43,783 bases of DNA from NCBI GenBank assembly GCA_051746765.1, contig JBNJFK010000001.1:1-43783 (forward strand), given 5' to 3'. Made by a program: the position numbers and the translations under genes. Shown piece by piece: positions 27,343 through 36,413 of this stretch. Numbering within the stretch: the stretch's first letter is position 1; each line of letters starts with the position of its first letter. Under the pieces are notes generated by a model that saw nothing but the letters and a program-made list of their open reading frames with translations, had not been told where the DNA came from and did no database searches. The stretch comes from Bacteroidota bacterium (GTDB lineage Bacteria; Bacteroidota; Rhodothermia; Balneolales; Balneolaceae).

Positions 27343-28551
27343 ATGAAAATTCATGAGTATCAGGCCAAAGAGATTCTGAAAAGCTACGGCGTTGCTGTAC
27401 CGGCCGGCATTCCGGCAACATCTACGGAAGAAGCTGTCAAGGCGGCCGAAGGGATGAAGAAGGAAGGGGCTACACTGTTTGTTGTTAAAGCACAAATTCA
27501 TGCCGGTGGTCGGGGAAAAGGTCGTACCAAAAAGAGCGATGCCAAAGGGGTCATTCTTTGCAAAACCATCGAAGATGTTCGCGAAGCTGCTGACAGTTTG
27601 CTTGGCGACACGCTCGTTACCATTCAGACCGGAGAAGCGGGACAGGAGATCAAAACAATCTATGTAACCGATGGTGTGGAAATTGAGCAAGAGTACTATC
27701 TCGGAATTTTGCTCGACCGTGCCCGCAGTCAGAATGTAATTATGGTCTCCACAGAAGGCGGCGTCGAAATCGAACAAGTTGCAGAAGAGACACCCGAGAA
27801 GATTGTAAAGGAGTGGGTCGAACCGGGGATGCCCCTGCAACCCAACCAGGCACGTCGACTCGCATTTGCATTGGGATTGAAGGGAGATGCTTTCAAAAAA
27901 GGTGTCAAGTTCATCCATGCACTCTACAGGTGCTATGACGAAACGGATGCCAACATGGTGGAGATCAATCCTCTGGTCACAACACCGGACGGAGATGTAT
28001 TTGCATTGGATGCGAAATTTACCTTCGATGACAACGCCCTGTACCGGCAGAAAGAATTTGCCGATCTCCGTGATCTTGCAGAGGAAGACGCAACGGAAGT
28101 AGAAGCGTCCGAATTTGATCTCAACTACATCAAACTGGACGGAAATGTTGGCTGTATGGTCAACGGTGCCGGACTTGCCATGGCCACCATGGACATCATC
28201 AAACTTTCCGGTGGGGATCCTGCCAACTTTCTGGATGTTGGTGGAGGAGCCAATGTCGAAACGGTCAAAAACGGATTCCGGATTATCCTGGAAGATAAAA
28301 ATGTGAAAGCAATCCTCATTAACATCTTTGGTGGAATTGTCCGTTGTGACAGGGTCGCCAACGGAGTGATTGAAGCGATCAAGGATCCCGAGATTGCAGA
28401 AAAAGTGAAGAATGTACCCATCATTGTACGACTGCAGGGTACCAATGCCGAAGAGGGCAAAAAGATCATTGACGAGAGCGATCTCAATGTGATTTCAGCT
28501 GTACTTCTCAAGGAAGCTGCAGAAGCCGTTTCCAAAGTTCTGGCTGCCTGA
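27343..28551 (+). CDS. sucC: Succinate--CoA ligase (ADP-forming) beta subunit
   Basis: MKIHEYQAKEILKSYGV, an ATP-grasp region and the C-terminal ligase-CoA motifs GNVGCMVNGAGLAMATMD and NIFGGIVRCD. Confidence 0.95.
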   Translation: MKIHEYQAKEILKSYGVAVPAGIPATSTEEAVKAAEGMKKEGATLFVVKAQIHAGGRGKGRTKKSDAKGVILCKTIEDVREAADSLLGDTLVTIQTGEAGQEIKTIYVTDGVEIEQEYYLGILLDRARSQNVIMVSTEGGVEIEQVAEETPEKIVKEWVEPGMPLQPNQARRLAFALGLKGDAFKKGVKFIHALYRCYDETDANMVEINPLVTTPDGDVFALDAKFTFDDNALYRQKEFADLRDLAEEDATEVEASEFDLNYIKLDGNVGCMVNGAGLAMATMDIIKLSGGDPANFLDVGGGANVETVKNGFRIILEDKNVKAILINIFGGIVRCDRVANGVIEAIKDPEIAEKVKNVPIIVRLQGTNAEEGKKIIDESDLNVISAVLLKEAAEAVSKVLAA

Positions 28552-28570
28552 TTCAATCGTCAAATTCAAT

Positions 28571-28610
28571 AAAAAAGGCGCCCCCGATCGGGAGGCGCCT
28601 TTTTTTGTTT
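28571..28610. terminator. Bidirectional rho-independent terminator shared by convergent sucC and yceI-like genes
   Basis: A6, then a GC-rich hairpin GGCGCCCCC-GATC-GGG(A)GGCGCC, then T7. Confidence 0.8.
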
Positions 28611-28645
28611 CTCGACGTCCGGGGGGGCACCGGAGTAGCCTCGAA

Positions 28646-29185
28646 TCAGGACTCTTGAGTTACCTGAACATCCAGATTCAGTTTGATCTTGTCTGCAACG
28701 ACAACACTTCCGGCTTCAGTCACTGCGTTCCACTCAAGTCCAAACTCTTTTCGGTTGATGGCTCCGGAAATTTCGAAGCCCGCCTTCGTCTGACCATAGG
28801 GATCCACAGCCGTTCCGCCATGCGTTGCCTTCAATTGCACTTTCTTGGTGGTTCCCCGAATGGTCAACTCTCCCTCAAGATCGTACTCCCCTTTGCCTGT
28901 TTTATTGAATGAAGTAGACTTGAATGTCAATTTCGGATGATTCTCGGCATCAAAAAAATCGGCGGATTTCAGGTGTGCATCCCGGTCTGCCACGCCGGTA
29001 TCGATACTATCGATGCTTGCTTCGAACGTCACTGAAGCCCCGTCAAAATCTTCTCCCATCGTTTCCAGTTGACCGCTGAACTCTTTGAACGTTCCGGTAA
29101 CTGTTGAAATCACCAGATGCTTGACCTTGAATCCGATGACGGAGTGTGTAGGGTCGATTGCCCAACGTGTTGTCTCTGTAGCCAT
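28646..29185 (-). CDS. YceI-family (polyisoprenoid-binding-like) protein
   Basis: WAIDPTHSVIGFKVKHLVISTVTGTFKEFSG...DRDAHLKSADFFD...LTIRGTTK is the YceI lipocalin-like signature. No signal peptide is evident. Confidence 0.85.
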   Translation of the reverse strand: MATETTRWAIDPTHSVIGFKVKHLVISTVTGTFKEFSGQLETMGEDFDGASVTFEASIDSIDTGVADRDAHLKSADFFDAENHPKLTFKSTSFNKTGKGEYDLEGELTIRGTTKKVQLKATHGGTAVDPYGQTKAGFEISGAINRKEFGLEWNAVTEAGSVVVADKIKLNLDVQVTQES

Positions 29186-29263
29186 TACCTTATTCCATTA
29201 TTTTGTTTCATATTAAATTGTATTGCCTTAAACGAATGGGCACCCGTCATCGTTCCGAACAGG

Positions 29264-29298
29264 ACAAAAAAAATCCGCCCTTGTGTTCAAGGGCGGAT
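29264..29298 (-). terminator. Rho-independent terminator downstream of the Na/Pi transporter gene
   Basis: On the minus strand there is a 10-bp stem ATCCGCCCTT/AAGGGCGGAT with a 6-nt loop, followed by T8. Confidence 0.75.
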
Positions 29299-29349
29299 GG
29301 GGTCTCTTCATGAATCACTTCTCCCGTGACGGGCGATCAAGCCTGCTGC

Positions 29350-31095
29350 TCAGCCATCCATCATGTCTTCGATATGGGAAAACGCAGCCTTCAGCTTTTT
29401 CCCCGCCATCGCCTCATTCACATTCAAAATATGATCCCCGATTTTTTCCAACCGAGCCAGGAAATCAAGATAGATGACCCCCTCCTTCGATTTATAGACT
29501 CCCTCTTCTAGTCGCTCGTAGTGAGCATTTTTCAACCGATCCCTCAAGTCGTTAATCCGGTTTTCAAAATCAATCGCTCCTCTCAGGTCGACCTCTTCGT
29601 CCGACTCAACCTGCAGGTTGGAACGAGTCAGCTGCAGTGCTTGATGAACAAGATTCAACATTTTGGCGATCTCTTCGACTGCACTATCGGGTAGCGTCAA
29701 CTCCTCCGACTTCATCTGTTCGTAGGTCTTGGACATCTGAAAGTAGAGATCACCGATCCGTTCAAGATCATTGATAATACTGTGCATGGCCCGAATACGC
29801 CGAGTCGCCGACTGTGACAGGTTGAACCCGGAGATCCGTGTAAGGTATTCGGACACCTCCAATTCAATATTGTCAGTAATTTGCTCGCGCTTCCGAATCT
29901 TCTCCAGGAATTGTTCGTCTCGCTTTTGTTTGTTGAAAAAGAGCCCTTCAAAACTGAAGTGCATTTTTTCTACCAATCGCCCAAACTGTTCAACTTCCCG
30001 TTGGGCTTGTGTGATGGAGAGCTCGGGTGACGCCATCAAACCGGACGAAATGTACTTGAGACGGAATGCGCTCTTGTCCTCTTTTTCAGTTTGGATCTTC
30101 TCGATAAACTTGACGAGTCGGGGAACAAACCCGATCAAAAACACCACATTCAAAATGTTGAAGGCTGAGTGAAACAGGGAGAGCGCCAGCGTCGCATTGG
30201 CTCTCGATGCGGCGTCCGTATTGAAGACCGATGTCATGTCATCAATAAAGACATGCATGATACTGTCGATACCACGCAAAAACGGAGTCATCACAATGAG
30301 CATCCAGATGACTCCAATCACGTTGAACGCCAAATGAAACCGGGCCGCTCGTTTCGCATGAACATTCCCGACCAGTGCAGCAATATTGGCCGTGACCGTG
30401 GTCCCGATATTCTCACCCATCACCATGGCTGCTGCGATCGGGAAAGTGATCCACCCTTCAAACAACATCACCAGTGTAATGGCAGTTGCCGCAGAGGACG
30501 ATTGTGTCAAAAGAGTCAATGCGGTTCCCACTCCCACAAACAGGAGAACGGAGAGGAATCCGAACTCGGTAAACGAGTCCAAAAATGCAAACATCTCCGG
30601 ATTGTCGTTGATGTTCGGGACACCGTTTTTAATAAACTCGAGACCAATAAACAGGATACCGAAACCGATCATTGCTTCGGCCAGGTTTTTCATCCGCTCT
30701 TTCCCGAAGAACAGAAACGGGAAGAAAATTCCGATCATGCTGATCGCAATCGGCGTAATCTGCATCTTGAATCCAAAAATCGAAACCATCCAGGCTGTAA
30801 CCGTGGTCCCGATGTTGGCTCCCATGATAACCCCGGTTGCCTCGATGAATGTGAGCAGACCGGCGTTGACAAAGCTGACCACCATCACGGTAGTTGTAGT
30901 CGAAGATTGTGTGATGGTTGTAGCACCGAATCCGGTCAAAACGCCTTTGAAGCGGGTGGTGGTCATCCCTTTCAGAATGGAGCGAAGACGACTACCGGCC
31001 ACTTTTTGAAGTCCGTCACTGAAGACCTTCATCCCGAAAATGAAGATCCCGAGTGCCCCTACCAGCTGCAGAAAATCAAAGAAAGAGTAGTTCAT
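29350..31095 (-). CDS. Na+/phosphate cotransporter family protein with a C-terminal PhoU-like domain (YjbB/NptA-like)
   Basis: Duplicated Na_Pi_cotrans motifs (GATTITQSSTTTTVMVVSFV and LLTQSSSAATAITLV...GENIGTTVTA). The C-terminal helical PhoU repeats include ERIGDL and EKIGDHI. Confidence 0.88.
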   Translation of the reverse strand: MNYSFFDFLQLVGALGIFIFGMKVFSDGLQKVAGSRLRSILKGMTTTRFKGVLTGFGATTITQSSTTTTVMVVSFVNAGLLTFIEATGVIMGANIGTTVTAWMVSIFGFKMQITPIAISMIGIFFPFLFFGKERMKNLAEAMIGFGILFIGLEFIKNGVPNINDNPEMFAFLDSFTEFGFLSVLLFVGVGTALTLLTQSSSAATAITLVMLFEGWITFPIAAAMVMGENIGTTVTANIAALVGNVHAKRAARFHLAFNVIGVIWMLIVMTPFLRGIDSIMHVFIDDMTSVFNTDAASRANATLALSLFHSAFNILNVVFLIGFVPRLVKFIEKIQTEKEDKSAFRLKYISSGLMASPELSITQAQREVEQFGRLVEKMHFSFEGLFFNKQKRDEQFLEKIRKREQITDNIELEVSEYLTRISGFNLSQSATRRIRAMHSIINDLERIGDLYFQMSKTYEQMKSEELTLPDSAVEEIAKMLNLVHQALQLTRSNLQVESDEEVDLRGAIDFENRINDLRDRLKNAHYERLEEGVYKSKEGVIYLDFLARLEKIGDHILNVNEAMAGKKLKAAFSHIEDMMDG

Positions 31096-31224
31096 ACGGG
31101 TGTCTGTTGGTCCTCATTTTATGAGCAACGGTACCGAACCCAAAGCGGCCCGATCTCTCACCGACAACCCTCCGGTCCAACTGCGAACCAAAAGGGACCA
31201 CAAACTACGAGCTTGAGATTCACC

Positions 31225-31557
31225 TCACAAACAGAAACGTTCTGTTTCCAGATCCCACCGATCAAAGATCACGCGAAACCGATCGGCAAGTGAAATCATC
31301 TCCAGACAGAGTTGGTTCAACTCAGCCTCTTTGACAAAAATCCAGCCAGTCGCCTGACAACTTCTGCGTCTGGCAATGTCGGTAGGTTCTATTCGAACAC
31401 GGTATCCATGTCTCTTCAGAAGTGCTGCCAGATGGAAAAGCCCCAACTCGTTCGCTGAAAGAAATTGAAACGTCACTGAAATCCACCCTGTACGAGGATC
31501 CGGTGACCGGAGAGATCGAGGCACACCACGCCTACGTTCGGAGAATACTTTTTGCAT
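31225..31557 (-). CDS. Hypothetical protein (weak gene call)
   Basis: This is the only sizeable ORF in a 685-bp gap. ATG at 31557 (the track start is TTG). It is Arg-rich at the N-terminus and I recognise no family, so coding status is uncertain. Confidence 0.3.
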   Translation of the reverse strand: MQKVFSERRRGVPRSLRSPDPRTGWISVTFQFLSANELGLFHLAALLKRHGYRVRIEPTDIARRRSCQATGWIFVKEAELNQLCLEMISLADRFRVIFDRWDLETERFCL

Positions 31558-31779
31558 AACCAACCGCCGTTTAGTTACAGTTCTTCTTCCGTCCGGATAA
31601 TCACAAACCGGGCACCCAACCAGCCACCCGGATCAAATGCCAACCGAAGACACTAACCCGACAGAAGCTCATGACCGATAGTATGAGCGGAAAAAAGTAC
31701 TCACCTTACAAAAGGTTTTCACTTTTTTTGACCTGAACCAAATTGCACCCTATCTGCATGTCTGCATGAAGATTCCGAA

Positions 31780-32925
31780 TTACTGTTTGATCAAGCGCAT
31801 CGACTCCTGAACTTCCCGATAATAGGACTCGTATTCGGTGACCAATCGAGAGAGCTCGAATCGCTCGGCTTGTTCGCGAGCCGCCAATGCCATCCGTTCA
31901 TGCAGGTTCGGGTCCGAAAGAATGTCGATTGAGCGTTGTCCCATGGTATCCACATCGTCCAATTCGCAAAGGTATCCGGTCTCCCCCTCCAAATTGACCT
32001 CGGGCAGCCCCCCGATATTGGAACTGACCACCGGAACCCCGCACGCCATTGCCTCGAGTGCAGCAAGACCGAACGTCTCGCTTCCGGATGGAATGACAAA
32101 CAGATCCGCGACGGAGAGAATTTTCTCCACGTGCTCTTGTTTTCCCATGAATTTTACTTTGTCGCAGATTCCGAGATCCCGACAGCGTTGCTCCGCACGG
32201 TTCCGATCGGGACCGTCACCCACCATCAGAAGTCGTCCCGGAATTCCCGCCTTCAGGATCCGCTCAAACACACTCACCACAACCGGTACACGCTTTACCT
32301 CACGAAAATTTGACACGTGAACGATGATCTTTTCACCGGCAGGAGCGATCTGACGCCGAAATTCGGGATCATCCTTTCGGGAGAATCGCTCCAAATCGAT
32401 AAAGTTTGCAATCACACGTATCTCCTTTCGGATATCGAATAGTCGATGCGTCTCTTCCTTGAGATAGTTAGAAACAGCCGTCACTCCATCACTCTGATTA
32501 ATCGAAAAATCCACCACTTTCTTGTAAGTCGGATCGCTACCCACGATCGTAATATCGGTTCCGTGCAGCGTGGTGATGATCGGCACATGAGCGGCGGCCT
32601 CCTGCAGAATCTGCTTCGCCAGATAGGCACTGGTGGCGTGCGGTATGGCATAGTGCACGTGCAAAATGTCCAGCTTTTCGTACTCGATCAAGTTGACCAT
32701 GACATTGGCCAACGCCAAATCATAGGGAGGAAATTCGAACAGAGGATAGCTACTCAAATCGACTTCGTGATATGTAATTCTTGTTTCGAAGGAGTCCAGA
32801 CGAGCGGGCCGTGCATAACTGAGCATGTGAACCTCATGGCCCCGGGAAGCCAATCCTTTGGCCAACTCAGTTGCTACGACCCCGCTACCGCCAAACGTCG
32901 GATAACAGACGATCCCGATTTTCAT
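31780..32925 (-). CDS. bshA: N-acetyl-alpha-D-glucosaminyl L-malate synthase (bacillithiol biosynthesis glycosyltransferase BshA)
   Basis: MKIGIVCYPTFGGSGVVATELAKGLASRGHEVH is the BshA-type GT4 N-terminus. The C-terminal EX7E region reads PSGSETFGLAALEAMACGVPVV. Start ATG at 32925 (alternative ATG at 32937). Confidence 0.85.
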   Translation of the reverse strand: MKIGIVCYPTFGGSGVVATELAKGLASRGHEVHMLSYARPARLDSFETRITYHEVDLSSYPLFEFPPYDLALANVMVNLIEYEKLDILHVHYAIPHATSAYLAKQILQEAAAHVPIITTLHGTDITIVGSDPTYKKVVDFSINQSDGVTAVSNYLKEETHRLFDIRKEIRVIANFIDLERFSRKDDPEFRRQIAPAGEKIIVHVSNFREVKRVPVVVSVFERILKAGIPGRLLMVGDGPDRNRAEQRCRDLGICDKVKFMGKQEHVEKILSVADLFVIPSGSETFGLAALEAMACGVPVVSSNIGGLPEVNLEGETGYLCELDDVDTMGQRSIDILSDPNLHERMALAAREQAERFELSRLVTEYESYYREVQESMRLIKQ

Positions 32926-33236
32926 CGACTCTTCCATTTTTGCTTTCCCTCTGATTACTTCGATTTACCTGAATGAACAGTCCGTTACCTCAAGAACCCG
33001 GTGCCGGGTCGAACCGTTCATCCCGTTCATCCACCCGTCTTGAGCCCAAAGATACAAAAACGGCTTCACCCGGTTCACGGGATCTACTGATTCGGAGCAC
33101 CCCCGGGACGTCCTTCATTAGGTGAACATTTCCAATTCCATTATATTGGCGATCCGGGTCGATTCGCCCGGATTTCTACCCACGATTCGCGTCACTTAAC
33201 TGCGTATCGAGAAATAAAGAGAACAGGGAAAATACC

Positions 33237-34001
33237 ATGGCAGGACACTCCAAATGGGCGAATATTCGCCACAAAAAAGCCAAAGAGGATGCCAAACGCG
33301 CCAAAGCGTTTACCAAGCATATCCGTGAAATTACCGTGGCTGCCAGGGAAGGTGGCGGAGATTCGACAACCAATCCACGGCTCGCTCTTGCCATTGAGAA
33401 TGCCAAGGGAGTCAATCTGCCCAAAGACAACATTGAACGTGCCATCAAAAAAGGAACCGGAGAGCTGGATGACGGCTCAGGTCAGTATGAAGAGGCAACG
33501 TATGAAGGATACGGTCCTGGAGGGATCGCCTACTTTATCGAAGTAACCACCAACAACTACAATCGAACCGTTGGAGAGATCCGTCACATTTTCAGCAAAT
33601 CCGGTGGCAATTTGGGGACCGACGGATCCGTTGCCTATCTGTTCGAGCAGAAAGGAGTCATTCAGATCCCGGCCGAAAACCTGGATGAAGAGGATCTCAT
33701 GCTGATGGCGATTGATGCAGGAGCAGATGATATCGAGAAGGAGGAGGAGGAACTCTTTATCGTGACAACAGCCCGTGAAAAGCTGTTTGATGTTCGCAGG
33801 GAGCTGGAGTCTTCCGACCTTGCGATTCAGTCGGCAGAATTGATTCGGGTTCCGATGACCGAAGTAGCCGTTGACATCGATACGGCTCGATCGAATCTCA
33901 AATTGATGGAGTTGTTCGAGGACAATGACGATGTTTCGAATGTCTACTCGAATATGAAGCTGGATGAACAAACACTGTCTGCGGTCGAAACGATGGAATG
34001 A
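33237..34001 (+). CDS. yebC: YebC/PmpR-family protein
   Basis: MAGHSKWANIRHKKAKEDAKRAKAFTK...YEGYGPGGIA is the hallmark of this family. Confidence 0.92.
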   Translation: MAGHSKWANIRHKKAKEDAKRAKAFTKHIREITVAAREGGGDSTTNPRLALAIENAKGVNLPKDNIERAIKKGTGELDDGSGQYEEATYEGYGPGGIAYFIEVTTNNYNRTVGEIRHIFSKSGGNLGTDGSVAYLFEQKGVIQIPAENLDEEDLMLMAIDAGADDIEKEEEELFIVTTAREKLFDVRRELESSDLAIQSAELIRVPMTEVAVDIDTARSNLKLMELFEDNDDVSNVYSNMKLDEQTLSAVETME

Positions 34002-34672
34002 AATTTCTGATTTTTTTCGCTTGGATCTGGCTGACGGGGCCAACAAACGACACGGCCCGCGAGGCAAATCAAGCCTATAAAGAGGGGGACTATCCCCTTG
34101 CTGTCCAACTCTATCGGGATGCACTTCGTGAAACACCGGATGCTCCCCGGCTCTGGTACAACCTGGGTACCGCACTTGCTCAAACCGGGGAGTCCGAGAC
34201 TGCCATGGAGGCGTTCGACCGGGCGCACGATCTGTTTGAATCCCCCACGGACCGTGCACGAGCCCGTTACAATGCAGGGCACGTGATGAGTGGTTTGGAA
34301 CAGTATGAGGAGGCGGTTCGTCTATTCCGCGAGTCTTTGCAAAACGACCCTGAAGACGCCGATGCCCGGCACAACTACGAATTGGCCAAACGGCGTCTTG
34401 AGTCGTCAGAGAATGAGGAATCCGATCCGGATGATTCAGACTCATCAGAATCCGACGACGAGGACAATGAACAGGATTCCGGGCAGTCTCCCCCGCAAGG
34501 CGATCAGCCCCCGTCCGACAATCAACAGGATGGAACACCCCCACCGCCTTCGCAGATGAGTCCGGAGGAGGCCCAAAGTCTTCTCGATGCTCTTCAACAA
34601 CAGGAGCGGGAACTTCTGGAACAGAGAAATCGAACATCGGAGAATGAGGAGTCCAACGATGCGAATTGGTAG
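33998..34672 (+). CDS. batC: TPR-repeat protein with an acidic/Pro-rich tail, BatC-like
   Basis: Its start overlaps the yebC stop (ATGA). It has a signal-like N-terminus, three TPR units (EANQAYKEGDYPLAVQLYRDAL...) and a DS/E-rich tail ending in a coiled segment, as in Bacteroides aerotolerance BatC. Confidence 0.7.
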   Translation: MKFLIFFAWIWLTGPTNDTAREANQAYKEGDYPLAVQLYRDALRETPDAPRLWYNLGTALAQTGESETAMEAFDRAHDLFESPTDRARARYNAGHVMSGLEQYEEAVRLFRESLQNDPEDADARHNYELAKRRLESSENEESDPDDSDSSESDDEDNEQDSGQSPPQGDQPPSDNQQDGTPPPPSQMSPEEAQSLLDALQQQERELLEQRNRTSENEESNDANW

Positions 34673-36413
34673 TTGGATCTTGCTCGCATTCTGGTTCTCT
34701 CTTCCGGTTTCTGTTCATGCACAGAGCGGATTCGAGGTGCATGCCGAACTCTCCGAACAGACAGTTTACGAAGGGGAACGAGTTCAACTGGACCTGATTC
34801 TTCGTGGAGAGGAGATCGGCTCTACTCGTCTGCCAAAGCCTCCGGATATAGAAGGACTACAGTATGTGAATCCAACCCCTTCCCGAAGCCAGAGAGTCTC
34901 CATGATCAATGGAGAAACAACGACCGAACTTCGCTTTTCCTGGGTTTTAATCGCGGGCACTGTCGGAGAGAGTACGGTGCCAGCCATCGACGTAGAGGTA
35001 GATGGAGAGACGTATCACTCCCGCCCGATTTCATTCGAGATCGTAGAGCCCACCGCCACTTCATCCGACAATCAACGGCCCGACCTCTTTGCCGAGATGG
35101 AGGTCACGGACGAGGATCCCTATGTCGGCCAACAGCTGATTGCAAATTTGATCGTATACTTCCGGGAAGGGCTGGAAATTATCTCATGGCAACCTGCTGT
35201 CGGATGGCGAACCGACGGGTTCTGGAGAGAAGATCTTCAGAATGACCGTCAACCCGAAGTTGAAAGCGTTATGCTTGACGGTGTACGATACCGTCGAGCC
35301 CGGTTGCTCCAATTTGCGCTCTTCCCCACCCGCCCCGGAGAGGTCGCTCTCCAGCCGTTTGAACTCCATCTCGGTGTCCGTACCCCTGCAAGACGCAACG
35401 ATCCATTCGGGTCCGTATTCGGTGGACTGGGTAGTAACCAAAGACGTATTACCCTTCAAACCGAACCTCTTGAACTGGAAGTACGGCGGCCCGAAGCTCC
35501 CGACTCCGGCCTTCAGGTACAAGCTGTCGGAGACCTTCAGGTCGATCGCGAACTGAGTCGCTCGCAGATGAGGGCGGGTGAATCCGTTGAACTTGTGACA
35601 ACCTTTAGGGGAACAGGGAATCTTCCGCTCATCTCTCGCCCCGACTACCCACTCCCGGGATCAATTGAAAACTATCCACCATCCGAGGATAGCGACCTGC
35701 AACGACGTGGGGGCATCATCTCCGGAACTCGAACGTTTCGGCAGCAACTTATCCCCCGTTCTCCGGGCACTCTAACCTTTGAACCCGTCACGATTGCGAT
35801 TTTTGATCCGGATCAGGAGACCTATCGCTACGAAACCCTGGCGGCATTGACTCTTCAGGTCGATCGAACTGCAGAAATGGCTGATGAAAGTCGCAATACC
35901 GATCATGCACTACTGGAACCTTACACCGGGTTGGTTGACTGGACATCCAGTGAATCGTATGGGTGGAGTGTCCGATGGCCCCTCCTGCTGCTGGTCACCC
36001 CCCTGTTGCTTCTCTGGTTCGGGCAACGAGTTTTGCATTACCGTCGTCGCCTGCAAACCGACGATCGGTTCGCCCGTGCACACCACGCCTGGGATCTCGT
36101 CGAGGAGCGCCTTCTGCAAGCCGAATCAGCCAATGGGAATGGACACGCAACAGAAGCATGCAAACATCTCCACCATGCAATATCTGGATATATTGCCAAT
36201 CGAACCGGGCTTCCGCCCGCCGGACTTTCCGATGAGCGACTGGTTCAGGAGGTCCTGCAACACAGCGGTCGGGAGGAACTTGCTACACGTCTGAAACGGG
36301 TATTGGATCGCTTTGTATCGATCGGATACGCTCCTGCGTCGATGAACCATACGCTGGAAAAGGAGCTGCAACAGACTCGGGAACTCCTCACTGAACTACG
36401 GAGGATCTTGTGA
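34659..36413 (+). CDS. batD: BatD-like (oxygen-tolerance family) protein
   Basis: ATG at 34659 gives the signal peptide MRIGSWILLAFWFSLPVSVHA (alternative ATG at 34644). It has repeated beta-rich extracytoplasmic modules, one C-terminal TM (WPLLLLVTPLLLLWF) and a helical tail. It lies between the batC-like and batE-like genes. Confidence 0.75.
   Translation: MRIGSWILLAFWFSLPVSVHAQSGFEVHAELSEQTVYEGERVQLDLILRGEEIGSTRLPKPPDIEGLQYVNPTPSRSQRVSMINGETTTELRFSWVLIAGTVGESTVPAIDVEVDGETYHSRPISFEIVEPTATSSDNQRPDLFAEMEVTDEDPYVGQQLIANLIVYFREGLEIISWQPAVGWRTDGFWREDLQNDRQPEVESVMLDGVRYRRARLLQFALFPTRPGEVALQPFELHLGVRTPARRNDPFGSVFGGLGSNQRRITLQTEPLELEVRRPEAPDSGLQVQAVGDLQVDRELSRSQMRAGESVELVTTFRGTGNLPLISRPDYPLPGSIENYPPSEDSDLQRRGGIISGTRTFRQQLIPRSPGTLTFEPVTIAIFDPDQETYRYETLAALTLQVDRTAEMADESRNTDHALLEPYTGLVDWTSSESYGWSVRWPLLLLVTPLLLLWFGQRVLHYRRRLQTDDRFARAHHAWDLVEERLLQAESANGNGHATEACKHLHHAISGYIANRTGLPPAGLSDERLVQEVLQHSGREELATRLKRVLDRFVSIGYAPASMNHTLEKELQQTRELLTELRRIL

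Noticed and set aside
27175-27918. 247-aa minus-strand ORF spanning the pyrR/sucC divergent region
   Set aside because: It mostly lies antisense to sucC (MKIHEYQAKEIL...) and has no recognisable family. It would also run through the intergenic promoter region.
28552-28645. sucC not followed by sucD
   Set aside because: A strong bidirectional terminator closes sucC. As I recall, unlinked sucC and sucD are common in FCB-group genomes, so this is not anomalous by itself.
30169-31293. 374-aa plus-strand ORF (and the nested ORF 30386..31009)
   Set aside because: It is antisense to the Na/Pi cotransporter gene. The product is Arg/His/Cys-rich low-complexity sequence, so this is a shadow ORF.
33152-33173. 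Inverted repeat ATCCGGG-8 nt-CCCGGAT in the bshA/yebC divergent region (also ACCCGG-TG-CCGGGT near 33005)
   Set aside because: These are short GC-rich palindromes with no T-tract and no recognisable operator consensus. They are expected by chance in 300 bp of about 50% GC sequence, so I noted them only.
33477-34787. 436-aa minus-strand ORF, one of the longest in the track
   Set aside because: It is entirely antisense to the strongly recognisable yebC and batC genes. The translation is low-complexity (Pro/Arg/His-rich) with no motif. It is a typical shadow ORF.
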